Positions 45,857-64,000 of a stretch of 64,000 bases of DNA are shown in pieces. A program made the translations under genes and the position numbers. The number at the start of each line of letters is the position of its first letter. Positions within the stretch are counted from its first letter, which is position 1. Location of the stretch: NCBI RefSeq assembly GCF_009914755.1, contig NC_060926.1; one strand, 5' to 3'. The notes below the pieces were generated by a model. That model saw only the letters and a list, made by a program, of their open reading frames with translations, was not told where the DNA came from and ran no database searches. Source of the DNA: the human T2T-CHM13v2.0 reference genome, Homo sapiens.

Positions 45857-45910
45857 TCCTCTTTTTTCAAGTAACTACTGCTTTCCTCTTTTTTCAAGTA
45901 ACTACTGCTT
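45857..45910 (+). repeat. Perfect 27-bp tandem duplication
   Basis: tcctcttttttcaagtaactactgctt at 45857-45883 and 45884-45910. Confidence 0.95.
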
Positions 45911-46160
45911 TCTTGTCAACAATGTCCCTGACCTTGCTTGATATATCTCTATCAAGAATACTAAGGTACTCAGTATGAACCTTTCATTGCCTCACAAAAG
46001 CAACAAATCCAGACCTTATTTCTGCAAAACATCTGGACTCCTCAGAAATATTTACTGCCAGACCAACCTATACAAAAACCCTTTTTTACTACATCAGATG
46101 TCCTATAGCTCCCATAGACAATGTTCTCCCTTGTTGCAACAAGTAAATAAACTTAATTTT

Positions 46161-46398
46161 TTGTTTTTAAATAAATTTTGTTGCCTATATTTAAGATATA
46201 CAACATGACTCTCATGTTCCTTGCAGCATTATTCACAATAGCCAAAATACTGATTATAACCTAGGTGTCCATCAATGGATTAATGGATAAAGAGACTAAG
46301 GTATATAGACAAAATGGAAGGTTATTTAGTCTTAAAAAAGGAAGAGATTATGTCATTTGCCATAACATGGAGGAACCTGGATGACATTATGCTGAGTA
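46161..46398 (-). mobile_element. Short L1MA insertion with 5' inversion (minus 46161-46208, plus 46208-46398)
   Basis: Reverse L1MA terminus (aataaattttgttgcctatatttaagatatacaacatga) joined to plus-strand ORF2 end (catgttccttgcagcattattcacaatagcc...gacattatgctgagt); TSD aaataaac(t/c)taat(t/a)tt at 46145-46160 and 46399-46414. Confidence 0.85.
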
Positions 46399-46995
46399 AA
46401 ATAAACCTAATATTTTGGACTGTAGATTGCTTCTGACGGTTTTCATTAGATAGGCTTTATCGATAGTGAAATGAAATGAAATAAAATGCTAACTTCTCTT
46501 TTTAGCTGTTAAACAATATGGCTTCTATCATATATTTCTTTTCTCATTTTTATATTTTATATTACAGAAAGCATAAAGAAGGACACAAAAATGTTTTGAT
46601 TATTTTAAACTCTTTATCACACAGTCCAAAATCACATAAATATTAGAAAAGGAAGCTCTCTTGGAATTATCATAAAGAAATTATGACAGATTAAAGCAGA
46701 GAAAATATTAGCCAGGAAATCAAAGTATTCTGAGTAGTTTATAATTGAAATACAAAGTAATTCACAATATAAGTAACATATTAGATGTCAATTATATCAT
46801 GTTGACATGTAAGAGTCAACCATATACAAAACTTTTACTTGTAAAAAACACTTTAATATTTCATATCTTTTTATTTAACCAAATTTTGTAGAAATGTTTA
46901 CATTTTATATAATCCTATTTCTTACATGGTTGAGAAACAAAAAATGATACTGGTTATGGATAAAACACTAGATTGGCAATTGGTTAGAATGATAA

Positions 46996-47036
46996 ATTTT
47001 CATTTCACTAGATTTTCATTTCACTAGATTTTCATT
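46996..47036 (+). repeat. 16-bp tandem repeat x2.5 (attttcatttcactag)
   Basis: Read directly from the sequence. Confidence 0.9.
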
Positions 47037-47339
47037 ATTTATGTCCATGATTATTTATCTTTTTCATGCAGTTTTAAGCACTTATTGCAGGTCAAGTGTG
47101 ATGAAAGATACTGAATAAACAAAAAGGGATGACCTAGGATGGTCACAGTCTTGGAGGAAGAAAATAGAAATATTGCAGTGCCATATGCTGAGCATGAAAT
47201 TACTTTTATAGAATACTGTGTAGTTGCAAATGATTCCAAATCAAAGTTTTGGGGGCTTTGAGGGAAGGCTTTGCTACTAGGTGATATCTGAAAAAGTTCT
47301 ATCTGTACTACCTAAAAGAATAGCAATATGGATAGCTAC

Positions 47340-47580
47340 AGTGCTAATAACTGTCATTCACCAAATGCTTTATCTGTGGTCTGTACTGTGTTATACAAAG
47401 AGGGTTTATATCTTCTTAATCCTCATGAGATAGTTATTATTCTGGTGTCTTTTGTAAAAATGAGAAAATGAGGTTTTTATAGGTTAAATATTTTATATTT
47501 GTTCAAGGTTACAAAGAGAGATGGAGTCAGGACCTTAAGTTAGCTTTCTTCTTACCAGAGTCCACATGCCTTTTCAATAT
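47340..47580 (-). mobile_element. MIR
   Basis: ttaatcctcatgagatagttattatt...ttttgtaaaaatgagaaaatgagg...aggttaaat...ttgttcaaggttaca. Confidence 0.7.
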
Positions 47581-47933
47581 TAATATCAAACATTATATAC
47601 AACTAGTGAGTTCACTACCTAGAAGAAGCTTTACAATGCTGTTTTTTAAAAATATGTACTAATATTTGTAAAAGAAATAGACTGCTATGCATTTCCAGAT
47701 CAGGGGGATATGGTTTAAATGAGGAGATTTTTTGCTTACTGTCAAAAAAGGGTAAAACTAACAGCACCCAGATATAAAGTCTGAAAAGGAGACGGAATAA
47801 TGAACACTGGGGAATAGTGAGGGAGGGTAAATGTGTCCGTGTGTGTGTTATTGGAGGGTTTCCTACGTCCCCAAAGTGAATCATTAGACAAAACAAAAAA
47901 TAAACTTCACCTATTTAAGGGAAGTTATTTTTC

Positions 47934-48220
47934 TAGGGCAGCATTTCTATAATTGGTTTTCCAGAATACTCTTTCAATGAGATACTAGGGGAGGGAATGT
48001 GGAAAGAAAGAAGTGAATATTTCTCTGGTCAAATGCACTTGGCAAATACAGTGCACTATTAGCCATTCACAAATCTCATAAACACGTTAGAGCCTTCAAA
48101 AATTTCAGTTAACTTGATATAACTGAACTTGATGTAACCCAGTACTTAACAGCCATTCCATAATTTTTCAGAGTTGGTGGTATTAGTTACTACCAACACA
48201 CTTTGAGAAATGTTGGTTTA
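47934..48220. mobile_element. hAT-Charlie-type MITE, degraded
   Basis: tagggCAGCATTTCT...acacactttgAGAAATGTTGgttta imperfect terminal inverted repeats. Confidence 0.55.
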
Positions 48221-49235
48221 TGGACACAGGAATATGTTCAGAGATTAAGAAGCAAATACAAAATTCTAATTCTTTTTTTTTAATCAATGAAAGATTTTAA
48301 TTCACTTGTAGTTTTCTAATAAACGTAGCCTTTGAAAAATGTGCTTGAGGTTTAAATTTTTTAAATTGCATATTTAGGCAATAAATGCCTCTGATGAGAG
48401 CTAGAGATCTAATAAAAATGGACCCATTCTGGAATAAGCAAGGAGTAAATTAGTAAATGTGCTGTGTTCTCCCCTCCTGAGGACAGAAGGCTGGCTATAA
48501 CCAAAACCTACACAGACACTCAAATTATGGTCCTACACATTACAATACCATTTTATAGTGAAATATGATATAATTCATGATAAATAAGTTCATTCTGATG
48601 TATTTATTAATCCTTTTTAAAATTCTCCTTGAGATGAATTTTGGATTCCAGTGCAGGCCTGAATTTCACAGACGTTAACTCTATTAGGAAATCCTGTGAA
48701 AAGTTAACAGAAGGATTTATCTTAAGAGGTACACTGGGAAAATTTCATTTTCTTCTAGCTGCAGACTGGAAATGAAATGATAGTGCTATATCTTAAAATA
48801 AGTCAGTGGAAAAACAAGACATATAAAAGAATTATTTTCAGTAGTTTGAATTCAAATTTAGATAAACCTTAACTGAGTATGCCTTTGTAGTGTGCATTTA
48901 TGTTTATAAACTAGTAAATATACATTGTAATATTAAAGTAGAAGTGTTGCGATTTTTCCAAATAGGTGATTATGTAAAGTTCTAGATTATTATTTTTTTC
49001 ATTATTTTCCCAGTACTTAGATTTGGCTAGTGCTTAATGATTTCCTTTTTCTAAAAAACAATAAGAATGAGTTGGCAGGAGCTCCTCTGCCAAATGATTA
49101 TTTAAATGCTGTTTTGAACTGTGTAGAAGCACAGGAGACAGGGGCCTAATTTCCTCCAAAATGTATATGTAGGGCACAGAGAAAGCACTTGGAATATGAC
49201 TTCAATTACTTAGATAAAATTCACTTAAATGGTAT

Positions 49236-49380
49236 TTGTGTGTGTGTATATATTCACATATATATAATATACACATATGTGTATATGTGGTGAATATATG
49301 TACATGTGTTGCATATGTGCATATATATGTATTTATAAGTGTGTACACATGCACATATACACAAACACAAATAAATACAG
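49236..49380. repeat. (TG/TA/CA)n low-complexity tract
   Basis: Alternating purine-pyrimidine run. Confidence 0.85.
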
Positions 49381-49670
49381 AACTACGTTTTCTCTATGTC
49401 ATGATGCCCAAGTACATACCAATGATAAACAATCTTATTTCATCATTGAACTTATCTCAAGGGTTGGCAATTTAACATGGACAGTGAAAGCTTTTTTTAT
49501 ATTGCTTAAAATACAAGACCAAATGTAAATCCAGTGTATATCTGTCACAGTTGCCATTTTCATTAATGAATATTAATCTAAAATAAAACCAAGAATATAT
49601 GATTTTATAAAGAACCTTCATTTAATTTCACATTATTTGGGATTATTTTACTATTTAATTGAAAACAAAA

Positions 49671-50042
<372 letters not shown>

Positions 50043-50729
50043 CTAAAGCGAAAGGTCACTTTTCTGAAATTTTATGAAACAAAAAAATCATTAACGAGTA
50101 TATAGATTTCAATAGAGCATGGTGATTAAATTAAATTTCTTAAGTACATTTTCTTTTGCCAGCAATATATTAGATACAGAAGGCACAGGGGATTTAAGCA
50201 ATTCAGAATACTTTTGACAAGGTATTTCAATGACTGGCAATGTAGTAAATTTAAGGACAAATAAGTAAAACATGCATAATTAAATTCTCACTAAGAATAC
50301 AAAATGTTACATAGATTTGAAATAAAATTTCATAGAAGATATATAGCTGATACCATTTCAGAGATGCTATTAACAACTGTAGTAAAGAAAATTTGAACTT
50401 GTAGGGAAAAAAATAATAACAGGCAAAACAGAAAATTATATGGTATATGTGGAAGGCATGAGCTGAGCTGCTGTCATGAAAAGGAAAGGACAAAAAGTAT
50501 TTCTATGAAGACAATGAGTATTACAGTTACATTCTTTATATTTATTTGAAGAGAAGTTACTGATGGTAGAAATATAAGGTACATTGCAAGATGCATTGGA
50601 AGGAGAGGAAAAAGCACTGGAATGGAATTTGTAGAGGCCAGAGCAGGCAGTCAGTAACCTAAGAAATATGTGGTAAGGAATTAGACCAGGAGTATGGTAA
50701 TTCAACAAATAATTATGAAAGGACTCTGA

Positions 50730-54770
<4,041 letters not shown>

Positions 54771-57700
54771 CAAGGCATTGTAGCACAGGGAAAACAGTGA
54801 GAAGACTGTAATGATAATGCAGGAGATAAATTATAATGTCTGGAGGTCTGGATTGTTATTTTATTTCTATAGACCACTGCTTAGTGTTACTTAGAATCAA
54901 ATTATATACTAATTAGATGTTAGAGGGTACTTGGAAATAGACATGAGTTTGTATTTGTTATTAGTGTTACCTTTCAATGTATAATTCAGAGAAAACACAG
55001 TAGAAATAGTAAGAAAAATACATGACAGATTTTAAAGGAACACAAGTTTAAATAAAAACAATTTTCCTAGAAGTATAAATAATCACACAGAAAAAAAGTC
55101 ATTAGAGGTTATTCAACCAAAGATGGGGGTAATCACATAAAAACTGGAGCTAATGGAAAAAAAATACTTTAAATTTCATATATTTAGTATTTAGAGTCTT
55201 CCTAATATAAAAGTTATTTCTGAGTTAGCGACTATTCTCTAATTGTACATATCATAATAAATATATCAATATGTAAAGCTCTCACGAATAAAATGAATTA
55301 AATATTGAAATTGAAAATCAATTTTTTCTTTTGCAAATTAATAACCACAAGTTCCATGTGTATCATGTGTATACAACAATCTAAAATGCTATGAGGATTT
55401 TTTATAACTTATTTTAAAAGATAAAAAGGGAATAATTTGATTAGCTTTATAAATAAGTAGGACATATCTGTATCTTATGTAAGACAGTTAATCCCTCAGA
55501 ACATCTCTTTTTCATCAGTTTAAGCTCGTAGTTAATTTCTGGCTTTGAATTTTCTGAGGTAATATACCTGTATTCAGATTTTTTTAATGGAAAATTTTAA
55601 TGTTTTGGGGATGGTATTACATGTATAGATCATAGAATCTTCACATCCCGATGCTTGGGAATATGGAGTTTCATTGGGACTAAATCCTCACGTATACACA
55701 GACAACAAAGATGGAAAACTAGCCCATTTCCTTATACTTTAAAGGATGAGATTTTTTTTTGCAAGTATATTTATGACAGAAAGCTTTTTTAAAGCTTATC
55801 ATTAATATAATTGATACATAGATTAAATATCAATAAGACTTTGAATCTACCTTATGTTGTAATTCAGCAACAAAATAAGTATAGATCATTATTTATCTCA
55901 ATATAAAATTATCTTCAAAAATATATATTTCTTAAAGCTTACCACATTAAATTAACATGGTGATGGAGTTTAGATTAAAATATTTTTAAAAAAATAATTG
56001 AGGTACATGACAAACAATTGAAACGATCCATGATATATAAGCTAAATGGCAACTATCTACTTAACTAGATATTCTATCACCTTTAATGAAATTAAAGAAG
56101 GATAAAATACTAGCTCAGATTAATGGCATAGTCATTAATTGTGCTATATTCACATGGTCATTTCCCCTTGTAATTTCATTTTCCTTACTCCATTCCTGAA
56201 CACTGAAAATGGTTAATGGAACTTCCACATTCATTTGTGAGCTGAGAATTATCTCTCTTTGGAAGCCTTGAAACTATTGACTGATTATACAGGAAAAGAG
56301 TTTAGCATTGATAAAGAGCAACCATTTTCAAGTCTGTATTTTAGTTCTTCCTGTTGCTGTCAAATACAAAGTTGATATTCACATGAAACACCTTTTAAAA
56401 GTTGTTTTACATTTATATGTTCAGAATTTTATCAAAAGCAAAATTCTTCTAACCACACATCAGAAATATTTATGGAAATATTACTTCTATGTGCACTTCA
56501 TTAAGCAGCTATCAAATTCCAGGTAAGCATTGCATTGTATACTTTGTTATAATCCATATTTGTTGTGGCAAGATTCTCTTTGGCTCTTTGCCCTTTATTA
56601 GTTCAATATTCAAACGGAGATGAGTTAGAGTTTTCAGCATTTGCTTAAGTAGGTGGGGACTAGGCAATGGGATTAGGAAATAATAGTATCCAGATAATTT
56701 GTTAATATTTTCTCAGTTGTGTAAATGTGTCATTATATTTACTTTTTGCTTCTTGTAAGAGTACATACTGAGTGAAAAATGTTGTTTTGCATTAATAATG
56801 TGACTCTGCATTTCATGCAACTTCATATGTTATTGCATTATGGTAGATTTAGTGCTTTTTATATTCTACTCTTTCTGATAAAAGAAAAATATTTTATAAA
56901 CTGACTTTCCCTTATAGGTTATCTCATATAGACTGAGTCCCAGAGTACTAAGAATAAAAAATTTTATTTAGACTTATTTGATAAAATGTACACTTGTACT
57001 TGTTTCATTTAATTATATTTTTTATTTGTGGAAGAAAGAAAATGTTAGTGTAATCTTATTAGGTTTTGAGTCAATATTTGATTCCATAAGAAAAAGTCAA
57101 AATAATAATAACATTACTATTATAACTCATTTTGTGAATTAATGACAATGTTGTACTAATATTTCCCTGAAATCCAGCTTTTTTGTTTTATTATTGACAA
57201 TCTTGAAAAAATGACTTTCTCAATGCCATAAAATTTTACAAAAATAAATATTCAGGCATATGAAAAGCTATCCTCATTTTTTCTAACCTAGAGGAAAGAT
57301 AAATTATTCTTACCACTCTAATAATATTTTTTTACAAAGACCAGGTCTACTTGCTTCACATTTCACTGGCTTCAACCACAAGTGAAAGTGACTTATTATT
57401 ATACTAGCAATTACTAAATTTTTCCCTATTAATTTATACTAAAATGCAGAAAATGCAGTCACAATATTGCTCCTGAACTTTTTACCAGGTACCAGGAAGC
57501 AAAATATAAGTTAAAAGCAAATTGTATTAAATATATTCTCACAAATCAGAACAATTTCTACTTCAGTTCTAGACAGTATAAAGTAAAGGTGTCATGTGGT
57601 GAGGGCATAGGCATCCCAAGCTGACAGTGCGTCACCATTAATGTTGTCCAACATCATTGCATTTTTAAATCTTCTTTTCCTAAACTTTTTATGTCAAGAA

Positions 57701-58414
57701 AATGATTTATGGTTCTAAGTTACACAGTCCAGGATGAAATGCTCTACTTTAATTTCTGTTACTGACTTTGAGGTATAGATACCTAATGTGTTACCAGGCA
57801 CTAAAATTTCAATTTGCTTTTTATTTTCCACAAGGTGACAAGAAAGTATTGAATTCCCATTTTACTTAGTAATACTTAAATACAATTCATTGAGATACAC
57901 GAATATGATTCAAAAATATGTTAAAAGTAAAGAATTATCAGATCCAATATTCTTCTCAAAATTCTAGATATTCTGAATGGATTTTTCACACAAGTGAAAG
58001 CAGAACATCAATAAAACAGTTAGAAAACATTGAAAACTAGATAGACATGGCAAAAAAGAAAAAAGCCCAATTATTTTCCTCTTCCTATCATTATTTACAA
58101 TCAAAAAACAAAAATAATCATTTGTAATTTTAAAAATACCCATTTTAATAGAAAATATTTGAGTGTCCTGTTTAATAGATTAAATTACCATGAGAATAAT
58201 TATTTGATCAACTTCAGTGTGAATCTATTTGTGGATAAATTTATTTATGCAAATATACTTATTTTAAATATGAAGGCAATCTAACAACCTACTAGTAAAG
58301 ACCAAAGAATTAAAATTTCTGGCTTTGAAGAATTTAAAAATTTAAAATGTTGTCTTGCTGTACTTCTGAGTTCGGAATATTGTCCTCTAATACTCTGATC
58401 TCTAGCTTTACATA

Positions 58415-58893
58415 CAGTATTTGTTTCCTATTGCTTCTCTCACAAATTACCAAAAATGTATTGGCTTAAAACAACATAATGTATTATCTTTGAGCTACAT
58501 CATAAATCCATCACCAATCTTGCTGGGCTAAGGATCAAGGGGTTGACAAGGCTGTCTCCCCTTTTTGGAGGCTAGTAAATAATTTGTGCTTTTGCTTTTT
58601 CTATTTATTAGAGGCTGTGCATATTCCTTGGCTCTTGAGCCCCTTCCTCCATCTTCAAAGTCAACAACATAGCATCACTGTGATCCTGTTTCCTTATCAC
58701 GTCTCTTTCTCTGACTTTTCTTTCACATTCTTTTTTCACTTTAAAGACTTTTATGATTACATCAGGCCTACCAGATAATCCAGGATAACCTCCCTATTTT
58801 AAGGTCAGCTGATGAGCAACCTCAAGTCCCATTTACCAAATAACATATTCATAGGTTCTAGAGATTAGAATGTGGACATTTTTAGGAGCCATT
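58415..58893 (-). mobile_element. MLT1 (C/D-like) MaLR LTR
   Basis: gtatttgtttcctattgct...acaaattacca...tggcttaaaacaaca...gggctaaggatcaagg...gataatccaggataacctccc...gattagaatgtggacatttt. Confidence 0.85.
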
Positions 58894-59418
58894 TAAAGGT
58901 CCAATAGAGAAGAAACGAAAACCAGTTATACAAATTCCAAAAAATTAATGCAAAGTAGATGGAAAGGAATCATCTCACTGATGTATAGATTACATGCAAC
59001 CATAATAAAATTTCCAGCCAGTAATTCTGATGAAAATGAAAAGAGCTTCTCAAAATTAATATGAAAATAATTTCAAGTTAACATAAACCATAATGTATCA
59101 AAAATTTTCATGTAAATTTAAGAAAATTTACCCTAATACAGTTCTTTTTGTTGTAGGTTAGACAATTTTTACTATAATAACATGTATTATTTGCTCCACA
59201 TCTAATAGTTAAATATAGTAGTATTAATTTTATGTGATATTCCAGCATTCATTTTTATATGAAAAGCAGCTTAATATTGAATATATTTGTATTTGTATAC
59301 AAGTAATAATTTATATCTAGAATCCTAGAATTCTAGAGCTATAAAATACCTTAGAAGTTCTTTTTTTTTTCAGTTTTTCCTAGGCTCTCCATTCTGAAAA
59401 ACTAATATCATTTAATGA

Positions 59419-59763
<345 letters not shown>

Positions 59764-60489
59764 TGATTTTACAAAGTTCAATGATGGACTTCACTTCTTT
59801 AATCTGCTAATATATATTTTGAATTTCCAAAGAAGAATAATAGTTTCCAATATTCTCAAATATCATTTTACTATCAAACATCCTATGGATCTAATGTGAT
59901 ATACACACACTTTGAGAATTTTTTCTCTACAGAGTGCCCAATAACAAATACCTTGTCCATTTCAAAATGTTCTTCATAGAGTTATCTGACCTTAAGTGAG
60001 CAATTATCATTTATACGTGACATAGCAGAGATAGTTGTCTTACACATTCCATGATACAGCCAATGCAAGGAAAATTTGTAAAATGAAGAAATTAACTAGG
60101 CACCATCAGTCTCTTCTACTAATTCATATTCATCAAACATGAACCTTCTCAATATTTTTCTAACCATCATTATGCTATTCCACTCTTCTATCCCTCATAT
60201 GCAGTTCCTGATGTTCTCTTCTTCCTTCCTCTACCTATACTTTATTTCACAAGAGATCTCTCATCTATTGCTTCTTAATTGATTATTACAAAAATAACCT
60301 TTTTACTAACATTTAATTTTGGCTGTGTTGTCTACAGTAATTTGGCATTTATCAGAACAGATGAAATATACATTTAGGAAGAGGCTAAATTCCTAAATTT
60401 ATATCATGCAATCAAAAATATCTTCACTTACTAGTTAGATGGATTGTACCTTGTTTGACTACATAAGTAAATTGTTCCCATGCCATCTT

Positions 60490-60575
60490 CTATTTTTCAG
60501 GCACTAAACTATGCATTAGGAAACCTGGTGCCTGTCACATAGTAGGTACCTCAATAATATCTGTTGATTTCTGAG
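60490..60575 (+). mobile_element. L2 3'-terminal fragment
   Basis: gtgcctgtcacatagtaggtacctcaataatatctgttga. Confidence 0.6.
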
Positions 60576-61452
60576 TCATATTAATCTAATTATAACACTT
60601 GTTTCTTTCAGAGGTAAGTGAATATACAGGAAGCACACAGTCTTTCCTAATAAATATTTACTAGTGAATATGCCATTGATTTGCGACTCTCTTATAAGGT
60701 GCACAAAATAACAGCCATTTGGTGAAATAGACATTAACTCTGAGAAATCGCAGTTCAAACAAGCCTCCCTTAAGCTAATCCAATAAAAATATCTAAAGAA
60801 ACGATAGGCATAATTGTTGGCAAGAAAGAGTATATTGAAAAAAATACTTAACATCAAACATTTTCAAATAAAACAGTGTTTTAAGAATTTTCCCTTTAAA
60901 GATACAGTTCTAACACTCCCTCACTGATAATAATCTGTCCAGGGGACTTAACAAGTGCTCTGATCTGTTCAGGCACTTAAAAAGTACCCTGAGAACCTCT
61001 GATTCAAATAAAGAACAGAGTTATTGAGAGTTTTCCTAAGTTGGTTTCAGAATAATTTCATGCTGTTTAATAAATATACTTTTCAGTTTGAGTACAAATT
61101 TACAAACATGGATTTATAAGTATAATAATTTAATGTGAATCTCATAAATTTTGATAGTCAAAAATAAATTTATGTGTCTAAGAGAACTAAGTCTACTTGA
61201 TGAATTAAAATTTTAGAATATCTTGAAATGATGACAGATATTATTCATTAATTTCATTTCTGCTATTATGGGAAATATATCTAAGATAGAGTGATAGATT
61301 TTTTCATAAAAGTATTAATACATGTCCCAAAAGTTTAAAATATCCCAAGATGCCTGTCTTTATGTGGATACAGAGTTCTCCACAAAATCAAAATTTAAGT
61401 ACAAAATTTGATTACAGATTCTAGCTTTCATTTATTTAAATATAGACACATA

Positions 61453-61533
61453 CTAGGTTGGTGGAAATGTAATTGTAGTTTTTACCATTAAAAGTAATTA
61501 GCAAAAACTGCAATTACGTTTGCACCAACCTAA
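61453..61533. mobile_element. MADE1 (Hsmar1 mariner MITE)
   Basis: TA|ctaggttggtggaaatgtaattgtagtttttaccatt aaaagt aattagcaaaaactgcaattacgtttgcaccaacctaa|TA: two ~37-bp TIRs, short spacer, TA duplication. Confidence 0.95.
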
Positions 61534-62319
61534 TATGTAGAAGTCAATATATAACACATCCAAGAGACAAATATTACAAATTACATATAAAACAAATTTA
61601 TGCCACAAATATACTTGTTAGCTAATGTGTATAACACAAGAATATCTTCTAATATGCAATATTTACGAAGTCACAAGGTTAAAAATAATTTTAGAAAATT
61701 TATAAGGTCCTCTGAAAAATATCAATCTTCCATTAAAGTCATTAAGCTGAGGAAAATACTTTCCCTTTAATGTTTACTAACCAAACCTGAAATAATATTT
61801 CCTAATTTAGTATCTTTAGAAATTTTTCCATAAGCTTATATGAATAGTGTATAAAATTAATGTAGCTAAGAATAAATTATGAATAGATTTTGAGCTATAT
61901 GAATTTTCTTAGCAATAATTTTAATTTGCTATATTTTCAGTAATGAAAAAGTAACATGTTAGATGCTTTAAAACTTTTAAAAGTTCTTTCTTTTAGTTTT
62001 AACATCTAAATAGTTATAATGGATACAGCAATTTTTATACCTTCACTCCATAGAATTAAAAATGAAGCTTACAGAATATATGTGATTTTGCTGAGATCCA
62101 CCGCTAGACTTCTTTATTTATAACCTCTTGCCTGAACAATATATTCATTCATAATAATTTGACAGTGATTATTCAGAATGAGAAATTAAAATGATAGATG
62201 TTTTATAAGAAACATACATTTGTCTTTTTAAACCCTCATTATATTGGTTTTCACCTGGGCTACAGAAAGCTGGAAATAGTGTGACTTCTACTCTTTTCAA
62301 GATTAAAAGTCAGATAATC

Positions 62320-63715
62320 TACAAAATCAATCTACACGAGTATCTGTAAAAACTTTACTGTTAACATTGTACTCGATAGTAAAATATTGAAAAAAATTCT
62401 TGAAATCAGGAAAAAGGCAAAGATTCCAATTTTTACTGTTTTAATTTATGATTACATAGCAGTTCCCAGCCAATGTGAGAAGATGATAAATAAATAGACA
62501 TAAGGATTGGAAAAAAACTAAATACACTCTAGCTAATATTCACAGAAGACATGAATATAAACAAAATTCTAAAAGTGCTGAGAAATAGACTATTAGAATT
62601 AACAGGTTAATCCATGGAGGCTTCTAGATACAAGGTAAATAAAAATAAAATCAGTCATATTTTAATATACTGGGAACAAATAGATACTTATATTTTTAAA
62701 GTGATAGCTTTTACAATAGCATTGGAGAAAATCCAGAATTTACTAAAGTAATCTAATAAAAGTTATACAAGAGTTTATTACCAAAGGTGATTGGAATAAC
62801 AGAATAGAGGATTGTGAAACACATCCACACATAAATGGTCACTTGAGATATGACAAAGGCAAGAGTGTAGAAGTGAAGAAGAGTTTCTTTTTGATGAATA
62901 GTGCTGGGTCATTTGGATAGTTATATGGGATATAATATGTATAAGAACCACACACAAAAATCAATTCCATATGGATTTCATGTGTAAATATAAAATACTT
63001 CTACTTTAAAGGAAGATGTAGGAGAACATCTTTATGTACTTGTAGTAAGCAAGAATTTTCTTTTTAAAAAGGACATAAATTGTGCTAGGAAAAATGATAC
63101 AACAGTCCATATTAAAAGTAGGAACTTCAGTTCGTCAAAAGACAACAGTAAGCAGGTAAAAAGAGTAGCCTACAGAGTTATAGTGTGGGAGAATATATGT
63201 TTGATGGGCATACTTGCAGAACATGTAAACATTCCAACAAATCAACAGAAATGAAAGATAGCTTAATGGACAATGGATGATTACAAGTTTCAAAATAAAA
63301 TTTCCAAATAAAAAATTGTATAAAATGTGTTCAATGTAATTAAATATGCAATTAAATTATACAAAATAAAAGCACAATAAAGCTTCACTACCTCCACTAG
63401 AATGAATAAAATGGAACAAAATTTTATTTTTTTGGAGAATGATTTGGAGCAACTGGAACTCTCTGGTCCTTCATATGCATGTGTTATGAGCTAGCAATTA
63501 CACATATGGTTATGTATCTGATCTGAAATCTGATCACATTCACAGAACCACTATTATAATACTCAAAACATAAAGACCAGCAGAATCCTTTTCAATAACT
63601 ATAATGAATAATTAACTTGTGATGTGTTCTATTAACAAAATACTGTACAGCAATGAAAACGAACTGCAATTCCACACAATATGTGGAGTATTAATATCAC
63701 AAACATGATATTAAT
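62320..63715 (+). mobile_element. Ancient L1ME-type ORF2/3' fragments
   Basis: ttgaaatcaggaaaaaggcaaagatt, atattcacagaagacatga, tagatacaaggtaaataaaaataaaatcag, tatgacaaagg, tgaatagtgctggg, tggagcaactggaactct, aatactgtacagcaatgaaaacgaac in L1 order. Confidence 0.8.
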
Positions 63716-64000
63716 ATTCAAGCTTGCAAATAATTCATGTTTGTCATAAGAAAAGTTGAATAGATAAAGAGGTAGATAGCCATTTTTGAGAACAATCTAG
63801 AAATACATATAACAATGAATGTATTATTCCTTGGTATATCGTCCAAATTAACTCTCCTATATGAGTTCAAAAATACATATTTTAAAGGGTGTTCTTGCAT
63901 ATCTATTTGTAGCAGTGGAAAAATGGGAGAATACAGAAATATATCATTAAGCATAAATTTTACTAAGAAAATAAAAAATATAGTAAAATTTTTCAATAGG

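Larger units (their letters stand above)
45658..46465 (+). mobile_element. Old ERV1-type LTR hosting a FLAM and an inverted L1
   Basis: TGTAAC start; U3/R-like ttctcccttgttgcaacaagtaaataaac; resumes ggactgtagattgcttctgacgg after the L1. Family uncertain. Confidence 0.45.

Overview
Primate (most likely human) nuclear DNA: AT-rich, CpG-depleted, intergenic or deep intronic. It is dominated by transposon relics: Alu (J and S) and FLAM SINEs, MIR, L2, L1 from old L1M to young L1PA, MaLR LTRs (a complete two-LTR THE1, solo THE1, MST and MLT1), ERV1/ERVL LTRs, and DNA transposons (Tigger3, MER58, MADE1). I find no credible protein-coding gene, tRNA, rRNA or CRISPR array; the recognisable ORFs in the track are L1 remnants or Alu/LTR read-throughs and the rest look like chance frames. 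I do not see a new multi-gene system. The structures not explained by ordinary repeat annotation are: (1) a ~210-225 bp unique-looking segment present twice, 4.27 kb apart, one copy sitting where an old L1 abruptly loses its 3' end; (2) a ~360 bp foreign insert with a textbook splice acceptor inside an LTR; (3) a TATA-Inr-short exon-GTGAGT promoter candidate in unique DNA near 5.4 kb; (4) three separate 5'-inverted (twin-primed) L1 insertions; (5) an Alu with a tandemly duplicated B-box and an Alu with a reverse-polarity linker microsatellite. Subfamily names come from recalled consensus motifs, not a database search, and boundaries of old elements are approximate.
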